This document shows, in pieces, positions 39,031-46,821 of a DNA stretch of 64,000 bases; the first letter of the stretch is position 1, and every line of letters starts with the position of its first letter. The DNA comes from Phycisphaerae bacterium. Its GTDB lineage: Bacteria > Planctomycetota > Phycisphaerae > FEN-1346 > JAACEH01. Where the stretch lies: assembly GCA_012729015.1 (NCBI GenBank), contig JAAYDY010000105.1, positions 35,296-99,295 of the forward strand, read 5' to 3'. The notes under the pieces were generated by a model. That model saw only the letters and a program-made list of their open reading frames with translations. It was not told where the DNA came from and searched no databases. The position numbers and the translations under genes are program-made.

Positions 39031-39499
39031 CGGCAGAGGCCTTTCCTCGATACGAATCCAGAATCTTCCTGACCGAATCCGGCGTCAGTTTCGCATGAAA
39101 CTCGCCGTTGACGCACATCACCGGAGCCAGGCCGCAAGCCCCGATACAAGCCACGACCTCCAGGCTGAACAGGCCGTCGCGGGTCGTTTCGCCCGGCTTG
39201 AGCTTCAGCTCGCGCTTCACGGCTTCCAGAATGCCGGCCGACCCCTTCACGTGGCAGGCCGTGCCGCGGCAGAGCTGAATGTGGAAGCGTCCCTGCGGCT
39301 GAAACCGGAACTGGTTGTAAAAGGTGGCCACGCCATAGACCTTGCTGGCCGGCAACCCCAGATGCTCGCCTACGCGGGCGACCGATTCTCGCGACAGGTA
39401 GCCCTCGACCTGCTGCACCTTCTGCAGGATCGGAATGAGGGCATCGCGACCGGCGCCGGCATAGTCCTTGAGAATTCCGCCTACGTCGACCTTTGTCAC
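39014..39499 (-). CDS. hydC: NuoE-like 2Fe-2S subunit (HydC/HndA-like)
   Basis: Cx4C…Cx3C thioredoxin-like ferredoxin (LCRGTACHVKG…ACIGACGLAP). GTG 39499 with AGGAAGG upstream. Upstream part of the ORF is artefactual. Confidence 0.75.
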   Translation of the reverse strand: MTKVDVGGILKDYAGAGRDALIPILQKVQQVEGYLSRESVARVGEHLGLPASKVYGVATFYNQFRFQPQGRFHIQLCRGTACHVKGSAGILEAVKRELKLKPGETTRDGLFSLEVVACIGACGLAPVMCVNGEFHAKLTPDSVRKILDSYRGKASADVHSK

Positions 39500-39510
39500 A
39501 GCAGTCCTTC

Positions 39511-40152
39511 CTAACTGACCGACACCTTGTGGGCTCGCTTCTGGCGAGCGAAGAACGCCACCTTCTCCAGAGAGGTGGTCACATCGATATCTTCGACATA
39601 CACATGCTCCGGCACGCGAATCGCCACGGGAGCGAAGTTGAGCAGTCCACGGACGCCGGCCCGCACAAGCACATCGGCCACGTCCTGGGCGGCCTCGGCC
39701 GGAACGGCCACCATGGCCACCCGAATGCCTCTGTCGTCGACGACCGAGGCCATGTCTTCGATCGGATAGCACCGACATCCATGCACCACGCGATTGGTCT
39801 TGGAGCCGTCCTGATCGAACGCAGCCACCATCTTGAGCTTGGGCCGGCGGCCCTCGAAGTAGGCCATCATCGCGCGGCCGATGTTGCCGACACCCACCAG
39901 GGCAACCGCCTCCGGCTCGTCAGCATCCAGGAAGAGCCCGATATGCTCAATGAGCTCGGGCACGTCATATCCCCTGGCCGGACTCCCGGAACAGCCGACC
40001 GTCATCATGTCGCGACGCACCTGGGCAGCGGTAACGCCGGCGGCAGACGCAAGTTCATGTGAGAACACGTGTCTTGTGCCACGGTTGCGCATGGCAACCA
40101 GGAGCCTTCGATAGAGGCTCAGCCGTCCTACGGTTCGCTCGGGAGTCATCAT
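39511..40152 (-). CDS. rex: Redox-sensing transcriptional repressor Rex
   Basis: Winged-helix N-terminus plus Rossmann NADH-binding domain (LVGVGNIGRA). 213 aa. Confidence 0.85.
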   Translation of the reverse strand: MMTPERTVGRLSLYRRLLVAMRNRGTRHVFSHELASAAGVTAAQVRRDMMTVGCSGSPARGYDVPELIEHIGLFLDADEPEAVALVGVGNIGRAMMAYFEGRRPKLKMVAAFDQDGSKTNRVVHGCRCYPIEDMASVVDDRGIRVAMVAVPAEAAQDVADVLVRAGVRGLLNFAPVAIRVPEHVYVEDIDVTTSLEKVAFFARQKRAHKVSVS

Positions 40153-40197
40153 AGGGGCCTCGTTGCCAGGCAGCCAAGCACCGTTACGCGCCTCACG

Positions 40198-40215
40198 CTG
40201 TGAATCATTTCACAA
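40198..40215. promoter_or_regulatory. Putative Rex operator (cTGTGAA-TCAT-TTCACAA) ~45 nt upstream of rex
   Basis: Inverted repeat matching the Rex consensus TTGTGAA-N4-TTCACAA at 17/18 positions, read directly from the sequence. Confidence 0.6.
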
Positions 40216-40960
40216 GCATATTATCGGTTTTCGGCCCGGATTTCAACCCAAAATTCGCCCCATTCTTGACATTTGGTGGAAATCCCAGGGGGCTCTGCCC
40301 TCTCCAAGCGGGGCTCCTGCGGGGCGGACGATTCGCTTCCTGTCACTGCCCAGAACGCACTCGCCCTGGTGGGCCGTCACGTCTGAATCTGAACGTGCCA
40401 TGAATGTGAGAGTGTCGTCTAAAGGTGTGCGACTCGGTGCACGGAGCTCGCTCTGACATCGGCTGTGCGGCCGCTGCAAGGTGAGCCCTCAACGTCCGTT
40501 CGCGTCCCTAACGGCCTGCCAGACATCCTGGCCACGCGAACAGGCACGCGTGCGGCAACTCGCGCCGCAGCGCACTGACACCGCCGTCGTGGACAGCCGG
40601 GAGGGAATCTGGTGAGCCAACCACCCGGTCTTGCTATGGCAGGTGCAGCATGCGGGCACGCGGCGTGGTGCTGCGGACAGACGCCGGCACGGCAGGCGCG
40701 AACGGCCGTTGGATCGGGCAGCGTCGATGTGTTGCGTTATTGCAGCCAGTGGGAATTGTTTGTGATTATGCAATGAAGGGGGTTGCCATGGGCGCGCGAC
40801 CCGGTATAATTCCGAGCAGTACCTGGGGATCGACTTCGCAATTCGCCCGTTGCCGCGGCGACGGGATCTGGAACAGCAGAACGGGAAAACTATCCGAGTT
40901 CGTCCAGAGAGGCGCCTGTTGACAACACAAGGCGCGCAGGATTTCGAAGTAACCCCCTGA

Positions 40961-40978
40961 TTGTGAAATGGTTCACAA
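40961..40978. promoter_or_regulatory. Putative Rex operator (TTGTGAAATGGTTCACAA) ~125 nt upstream of hoxF
   Basis: Perfect match to the Rex consensus palindrome TTGTGAA-N4-TTCACAA. Confidence 0.7.
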
Positions 40979-41104
40979 GGGAATGTTGGTCGCCGTGTCA
41001 ATGAGTATGAGTCGCTGTTGGTGACGAGTACCTCCGGGCGCTGGCAAGATGGTTTGGGGCGTGTTTCAACGGTTCCCTGGTTTCGATGCGATTGAGGGCA
41101 CTGC

Positions 41105-42916
41105 ATGAGCAAGTCACTCGAAGCAGACGTCAAGAAGATCTGCAAAGCCTGCGGCAACGACCGAACGAGGATGATGGACATCGTTCGATCCGTCCAGGAG
41201 CAATGCGGATGCGTTTCGGGCGAGGCGATGGACCTGATCGCCCGGGAGGTGTCGTGCCATCGGGTTGAGGTTGAGAGCGTGGTCTCGTTCTACGCCTTCC
41301 TCTCCACGCGGCCCAAAGGCAAGGTGGTCATCCGCCTGTGCGACGACGTAATCGACGAGATGAAGGGATCGGATCAGGTGGCGGCGGCGCTGAAGACCGA
41401 ACTGGGGATTGATTTCGGCGAGACGACGGCCGACGGCGCCATCACCCTCGAACACACGCCGTGCATCGGCATGTGCGATCAGGCGCCGGCGGCGATGGTG
41501 AATGACGAAGTGGTCACTTACCTGTCCGGGGATGCGGCGCGGAGCATGGTGCGGTCGCTCCGCGAGCACATGGATCCGAAGAAACTGGTCGGGCGTTTCG
41601 GCGACGGCAACAACGGCCACGATCTGGTGCGATCCATGGTGCATAACAACATCCGCCAGTCGGGCGAGGTGGTGCTGGCGCCGCTGGCGGAGGGGGCGGC
41701 ACTGAAGAACGCCCTGGCGATGAGTCCGGCGGAGGTGATTCGCGACGTGAAGACGGCGCGGCTTCGCGGCCGTGGCGGCGCAGGGTTTCCTACGGGAATG
41801 AAATGGGAGTTTACGCGGAACGCCCCCGGCACACAGAGATACGTGCTGTGCAACGCCGACGAGGGCGAGCCGGGCACGTTCAAGGACCGGGTCATTCTGA
41901 CCGAGCGTCCGGACGTGCTGATTGAGGGCATGACCATTGCCGGGTACGCCATTGGATCGGATACGGGCGTGCTCTACCTGAGGGCGGAATACGCCTATCT
42001 TCGTTCGTTCCTGGAGCAGGCGCTGCACGACCGCCGCAACAAGGGCCTGCTGGGCAAAGACATCTGCGGCAAGAAGGGTTTCAATTTCGACATCCGGATC
42101 CAGATGGGGGCCGGAGCGTACATTTGCGGCGAAGAAACGTCGCTGATCAGCAGCGTCGAAGGGTTGCGGGGCGACCCGAAGAATCGCCCCCCCTTCCCCG
42201 CCCAGAAGGGCCTGCATCAGTGCCCGACGACGGTCAACAACGTGGAGACGTTCTGCTGCGTGTCGCGGATCCTGGAGAAAGGCCCCGGCTGGTTCGCGCA
42301 GATGGGGTCGAAGGGGAGCCCCGGCACCAAGGTGCTGAGCATCTCCGGCGACTGCCATCGGCCTGGGGTCTACGAGGTGCCGTTCGGCATCAAGCTGAGC
42401 GACGTGCTGAAGCTCTGCGGCGCGGAGGATGCCGCCGCGGTGCAAGTGGGCGGCCCGAGCGGCACGATGGTGTCGCCGGCGGAGTTCGGGCGGACGATCT
42501 GCTACGACGATCTGGCCACGGGCGGCTCGGTCATGGTGTTCGGCCCGAAACGGAACCTGCTGAAGGTCGTGCGGAAATTCCTGGAGTTCTTCATCGAGGA
42601 GAGCTGTGGCTACTGCACCCCGTGTCGCGTCGGGAACGTGTTGCTGCTGGAACGGCTCAACCGGATTCTGGACGGCAGGGGCGAGCCTTCGGATCTGCCC
42701 TACCTGGAGCGTCTTGGCCAGACGATCAAGACGGCCGCCCGGTGTGGGCTCGGCCAGACGTCGCCCAACCCGGTGCTGACAACACTGAAGAGCTTCCGCT
42801 CGGCGTATGAGTCGCTGGTGAAGGAGGCTCCGGACGGCCTTCAGCCATCGTTCGACATAGGTGCGGCCCTGGGGGATGCGAAAACGATCACCGGGCGCGA
42901 GTCGGTCCACTTTTAG
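41105..42916 (+). CDS. hoxF: NAD(H)-linked [NiFe] hydrogenase diaphorase subunit HoxF (NuoE-like N-domain fused to NuoF-like core)
   Basis: GRGGAGFPTGMKWEF, CNADEGEPGTFKD, ESCGYCTPCR motifs. N-terminal thioredoxin-like domain. Confidence 0.85.
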   Translation: MSKSLEADVKKICKACGNDRTRMMDIVRSVQEQCGCVSGEAMDLIAREVSCHRVEVESVVSFYAFLSTRPKGKVVIRLCDDVIDEMKGSDQVAAALKTELGIDFGETTADGAITLEHTPCIGMCDQAPAAMVNDEVVTYLSGDAARSMVRSLREHMDPKKLVGRFGDGNNGHDLVRSMVHNNIRQSGEVVLAPLAEGAALKNALAMSPAEVIRDVKTARLRGRGGAGFPTGMKWEFTRNAPGTQRYVLCNADEGEPGTFKDRVILTERPDVLIEGMTIAGYAIGSDTGVLYLRAEYAYLRSFLEQALHDRRNKGLLGKDICGKKGFNFDIRIQMGAGAYICGEETSLISSVEGLRGDPKNRPPFPAQKGLHQCPTTVNNVETFCCVSRILEKGPGWFAQMGSKGSPGTKVLSISGDCHRPGVYEVPFGIKLSDVLKLCGAEDAAAVQVGGPSGTMVSPAEFGRTICYDDLATGGSVMVFGPKRNLLKVVRKFLEFFIEESCGYCTPCRVGNVLLLERLNRILDGRGEPSDLPYLERLGQTIKTAARCGLGQTSPNPVLTTLKSFRSAYESLVKEAPDGLQPSFDIGAALGDAKTITGRESVHF

Positions 42917-42940
42917 AGTCTGCTAAGGGGCGAACTGGCG

Positions 42941-43654
42941 ATGAGCGAAACGATCACGTTCACAATCGACGGTAAGGAAGTCAGTGCCCAGCCGGGCCAG
43001 ACGATCATGCAGGCCGCCGACGCCGCGGGCATCTACATTCCACGTTTGTGCGCCTTCGAAGGCCTCGTGCCGCACGGCAGTTGCCGCGTCTGCACGGTGA
43101 TGGTCAACGGGCGTGCGCAGGCGGCATGCACGCAGCCGGTGGCCGACGGCATCGTCGTCGAGAACGATACCGAGAAGCTGCTGGCGATTCGACGGGACAT
43201 CATCGAGATGCTCTTCGTCGAGGGCAACCACTACTGCATGTTCTGCGAGAAGAGCGGCAACTGCGAGCTTCAGGCGTTGGCGTACCGGTTCGGCATCGCC
43301 GCTCCGAAGTATCCGTACCTTTTCCCGAAGCGGGAGATCGACGCCACTCACCCGGACATTTTCATTGATCGCAACCGTTGCGTTCTGTGCGGCCGGTGCG
43401 TTCGGGCGTCACGCGACGTGGACGGCAAGGGCGTGTTCGAGTTTGTGGGTCGCGGCCCGCAGAAGCGTGTGGCCGTGAATGCGGAGGCGAACCTGGCCGA
43501 CACGGATCTGAAGACGAGCGACAAGGCCGTCGAGGTGTGCCCGGTCGGGGCCATTCTCAGGAAACGGGTAGGCTATGCCGTTCCGGTGGGCAGACGCCGG
43601 TACGACCACAAGCCGATCGGTTCGGACATTGAACAGGCTGCATCGAAGAAATAG
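42941..43654 (+). CDS. hoxU: HoxU diaphorase Fe-S subunit (NuoG N-terminal-like: 2Fe-2S plus 4Fe-4S)
   Basis: 2Fe-2S CxxC…C motif near the N-terminus. HxxxCxxC and CVLCGRCVRAS clusters. ATG preceded by AAGGGG. Confidence 0.85.
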   Translation: MSETITFTIDGKEVSAQPGQTIMQAADAAGIYIPRLCAFEGLVPHGSCRVCTVMVNGRAQAACTQPVADGIVVENDTEKLLAIRRDIIEMLFVEGNHYCMFCEKSGNCELQALAYRFGIAAPKYPYLFPKREIDATHPDIFIDRNRCVLCGRCVRASRDVDGKGVFEFVGRGPQKRVAVNAEANLADTDLKTSDKAVEVCPVGAILRKRVGYAVPVGRRRYDHKPIGSDIEQAASKK

Positions 43655-43667
43655 GGGCTATTGTCAC

Positions 43668-44213
43668 ATGGCAAAAGCGAAAGTTGCAACGACCTCGCTG
43701 TGCGGCTGTTTCGGTTGCCACATGTCCCTCCTGGACATCGACGACCGGATTCTGAAGCTCGTGGAGTTAGTGGATTTCAACAAGTCGCCGATCAACGACA
43801 TCAAGGAATTCACTGAGCGATGCACGGTGGGCCTGATCGAGGGCGGCTGCTGCAACGAGGAGAACGTCCGGGTGCTTCGCGACTTCCGCAAGCATTGCGA
43901 CATTCTGATCTCGGTGGGCGACTGTGCGACGATGGGCGGCATTCCGGCCATGCGGAACACTATCCCGCTCAAGGAGTGCCTCGACGAAGCGTATCTGAAC
44001 GGCCCGACCGTGCATAACCCGAGCGGACAGATACCGAACGATCCCGAGATCCCGCTGCTGCTGAATCGCGTCTACCCGTGCCATGAGGTGGTGAAGATCG
44101 ACTACCACCTGCCTGGGTGCCCGCCGTCGGCCGACACGCTGTGGGAGGCCCTGGTGGCCCTACTGACCGATAAGCCCGTCGCGCTGCCGTACGAGCTGAT
44201 CAAGTACGACTGA
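43668..44213 (+). CDS. hoxY: [NiFe] hydrogenase small subunit, group 3 (HoxY)
   Basis: CGCFGCH, GDCATMGG, PGCPP motifs of short group-3 small subunits. Start at MAKAKV (ATG 43668). Confidence 0.85.
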   Translation: MAKAKVATTSLCGCFGCHMSLLDIDDRILKLVELVDFNKSPINDIKEFTERCTVGLIEGGCCNEENVRVLRDFRKHCDILISVGDCATMGGIPAMRNTIPLKECLDEAYLNGPTVHNPSGQIPNDPEIPLLLNRVYPCHEVVKIDYHLPGCPPSADTLWEALVALLTDKPVALPYELIKYD

Positions 44214-44237
44214 TCCCATGTTTTTGGAGCCCAACAC

Positions 44238-45677
44238 GTGGCAAGCACAAAACAGAAGCGAGTGATCATCGAGCCCGTGACCCGAGTGGAGGGCCACGGC
44301 AAGGTCAGCATTCTGCTGGACGAGAAGAACACCGTGACGCAGGCTCGGCTGCACATCGTCGAGTTCCGCGGCTTCGAACGGTTCGTCCAGGGGCGGCCGT
44401 TCTGGGAAGTGCCTGTGCTGGTGCAGCGTCTGTGCGGCATCTGCCCGGTCAGCCACCACCTGGCCGCCGCAAAGGCCATGGACTGGATCGTCGGCGGGGA
44501 GAAGCTGACGCCGACGGCGGAGAAGATGCGACGGCTGATGCATTACGGCCAGACGTTCCAGAGCCACGCGCTGCACTTCTTCCACCTGGCCTCGCCCGAT
44601 CTCTTGTTCGGCTTCGACGCCGACGTGGCGATTCGCAATGTGATCGGCGTGGCGGCGAAGTACCCGGACCTGGCCGTCCAGGGCGTGATGATGCGGAAGT
44701 ACGGGCAGGAAATCATCAAGGCCACGGCCGGCAAAAAGATCCACGGCACGGGCGCCATCCCGGGCGGCATCAACAAGAACCTGTCAATCGCCGAGCGTGA
44801 CGTGTTCCTGAAGGACATCGACCAGATGCTCACGTGGTGCCGCGGCGCGCTGAAGGTGGCCGTGGACTACACCACGGCGAACCTGGCGACGGCGGCCCCG
44901 TTCGGATCGTTCGATTCGAATCACCTGTCGATCGTCCGCAAGGACGGCTCGATGGACCTGTACGACGGGAACCTGCGCGCCATCGACGCCCAGGGCAAGA
45001 AGATTCTGGACCAGGTCGCGCCGCAGGACTACTACAAAGTCATCGCCGAGGAAGTGCGACCGTGGTCGTACATGAAGTTCCCGTTCATCAAGAGCATCGG
45101 CCCGAAGGACGGCTGGTACCGGGTGGGCCCGCTGGCCCGCATCAATACATGCGACTTCATCGACACGCCCGAAGCCGAGGCCGCCCGCAAGGAGTTCATG
45201 AAGCTGACCGACGGCAAGCCCAACAACATCACGATGGCTTACCATTGGGCGCGGATGATCGAGCTGCTGCACTCGGGCGAGAAGATTCGCGATCTCCTGA
45301 ACGACAAGGATCTCCAGGGCACCGACCTGGTGACCAAGGGGGATCGTCGGGACGAGGGTATTGCCATTGTCGAGGCGCCGCGCGGGACGCTGTTCCATCA
45401 TTACCGCGTGAACAAGGACGACCAGGTGGTCATGGCGAACCTGATCGTCTCGACGACGAGCAACAACGAGCCGATGAACCGGGCGGTCCAGAAGGTGGCC
45501 CAGGATCACATTTCCGGCAAGCCGGAGATCACCGAAGGGCTGCTGAATCACATTGAGGTGGCCATCCGGGCCTACGACCCGTGCCTGTCGTGTGCGACGC
45601 ACGCCCTGGGGCGGATGCCGCTCGAGGTGATCCTGGTCGACAGCACAGGAACCGTGATCGACCGGAAGCGCAAGTGA
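44238..45677 (+). CDS. hoxH: [NiFe] hydrogenase large subunit, group 3d (HoxH)
   Basis: L1 RLCGICPVSHH. C-terminal DPCLSCATH followed by a protease-cleaved extension. GTG start with GGAG upstream. Confidence 0.9.
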   Translation: MASTKQKRVIIEPVTRVEGHGKVSILLDEKNTVTQARLHIVEFRGFERFVQGRPFWEVPVLVQRLCGICPVSHHLAAAKAMDWIVGGEKLTPTAEKMRRLMHYGQTFQSHALHFFHLASPDLLFGFDADVAIRNVIGVAAKYPDLAVQGVMMRKYGQEIIKATAGKKIHGTGAIPGGINKNLSIAERDVFLKDIDQMLTWCRGALKVAVDYTTANLATAAPFGSFDSNHLSIVRKDGSMDLYDGNLRAIDAQGKKILDQVAPQDYYKVIAEEVRPWSYMKFPFIKSIGPKDGWYRVGPLARINTCDFIDTPEAEAARKEFMKLTDGKPNNITMAYHWARMIELLHSGEKIRDLLNDKDLQGTDLVTKGDRRDEGIAIVEAPRGTLFHHYRVNKDDQVVMANLIVSTTSNNEPMNRAVQKVAQDHISGKPEITEGLLNHIEVAIRAYDPCLSCATHALGRMPLEVILVDSTGTVIDRKRK

Positions 45678-46189
45678 TGGATGCGGCGAAGACGGGCATC
45701 CTGGTGATCGGGTTCGGCAATCCTGGGCGGTTGGACGATGGTCTGGGCCCTGCCCTGGCGTCGCGGATCGAAGGGATGAACCTGCCGAACGTGACGGTAG
45801 ACTCGGACTACCAGTTGACCGTGGAGGACGCGGCGGAGGTGGCGCGGCACGACGTGGTGGTCTTCGCCGACGCGGATGTGGGCGGGCCGGAGCCGTTCTA
45901 TGTGCGGCGACTGAGACCGAGCGGAGGAACGTTGAGTTTCAGCACGCACAGCGTGACGCCGGCCGCGGTACTGACGCTGGCCCGCGAGTTGTTCCGTTCT
46001 GAGCCGCAGGGATTCCTGCTGGGCATCCGCGGCTACGAGTTCAACGAGTTCGGTGAGCGGCTGTCTGAGCGGGCCGTGGAGAATCTTGAGGCCGCAGCGA
46101 CGTACCTTGCGGCCGCACTGAGAACGGGTAGGATCGAAGAGATTCGGGCCGACGGAGACCTGCCGCGAGGCGGCTCGGCCAAGTCCTGA
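45677..46189 (+). CDS. hoxW: Hydrogenase maturation endopeptidase (HoxW/HybD/HycI family)
   Basis: GxGN…D…H protease fold (VIGFGNPGRLDDGLG). ATG overlaps the hoxH stop by 1 nt. Confidence 0.8.
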   Translation: MDAAKTGILVIGFGNPGRLDDGLGPALASRIEGMNLPNVTVDSDYQLTVEDAAEVARHDVVVFADADVGGPEPFYVRRLRPSGGTLSFSTHSVTPAAVLTLARELFRSEPQGFLLGIRGYEFNEFGERLSERAVENLEAAATYLAAALRTGRIEEIRADGDLPRGGSAKS

Positions 46190-46203
46190 ATAGGGGAAAT
46201 GCA

Positions 46204-46581
46204 ATGCGCGACGGCAAGTACGTGATCCTCTGCATCGATGACGACGACGATATCCTGCTGGTGCTGAAGACGGTCCTCGAGGCGAATGGCTATGTGTTCG
46301 CCGGGGCCTCCAGCGCCGAACAGGGACTGAAGAAGCACGAGGAGGTGTCGCCGGACCTGATCATTGTGGACCTGATGATGGAGGAGATCGATGCCGGGAC
46401 GAGCTTCGTGCGTGAGCTGAAGGCACGCGGCTGCAAGGCGCCGATCTACATGCTGAGCAGCGTCGGCGACGACCTGAACCGCTCGATCGACTACTCGGCC
46501 CTGGGACTGTCGGGCGTGTTCCAGAAGCCGATCGAGAACGACAAGCTTCTGGCTTTGCTGAAGACGAAGCTGAAGAAGTAG
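46204..46581 (+). CDS. Single-domain CheY-like response regulator
   Basis: ILCIDDDDD…DLIIVDLMMEEIDAG receiver. Paralogous to the regulator at 32839..33228. Confidence 0.8.
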   Translation: MRDGKYVILCIDDDDDILLVLKTVLEANGYVFAGASSAEQGLKKHEEVSPDLIIVDLMMEEIDAGTSFVRELKARGCKAPIYMLSSVGDDLNRSIDYSALGLSGVFQKPIENDKLLALLKTKLKK

Positions 46582-46686
46582 GAGTTGGTTGCGAAGTCGC
46601 CCTGCGCGACACGTGTCCGTCGGCTTGAGGGAGCCGAGGGGCATTCGACGCCAGGACAGCATCCATCCGTTGATTCACAGAGGATC

Positions 46687-46711
46687 GACCGCGGCACGCG
46701 CTGCCGCGGTC
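46687..46711. terminator. Candidate hairpin (10-bp perfect stem GACCGCGGCA/TGCCGCGGTC, 5-nt loop) between convergent genes
   Basis: Inverted repeat seen directly. Followed by GTTTG. Could terminate the hox-regulator transcript or the convergent membrane gene. Weak U-tract. Confidence 0.3.
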
Positions 46712-46821
46712 GTTTGCTGCGCGGGAGCGCCCCAGGATATCAGGGCCATTCATTGCGACGGATCGACGGGATCGGCGAGGCAGGCAACTGTCGGCGGCGC
46801 ATCGGGGCGTCGTTCGAGCGG

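Noticed and set aside
35275-39072. 1265-aa plus-strand ORF
   Set aside because: Antisense to hydA, hydB and hydC. Gly/Ala/Asp-rich with no motifs. The minus-strand genes carry unambiguous Fe-S, FMN and H-cluster signatures.
40265-40300. TTGACA hexamers (40265 and 40918) as possible -35 elements
   Set aside because: No convincing -10 element at 16-18 nt spacing, and this lineage may not use sigma-70-like consensus. Too speculative to call a promoter.
40730-40760. TTTGTGATTATGCAATGA, a partial Rex-like half site in the rex/hoxF intergenic region
   Set aside because: Only one half-site matches and it is not palindromic. Not counted as an operator.
41114-42910. 598-aa minus-strand ORF overlapping hoxF
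   Set aside because: Antisense artefact. hoxF on the plus strand has complete NuoF motifs and an in-context start.
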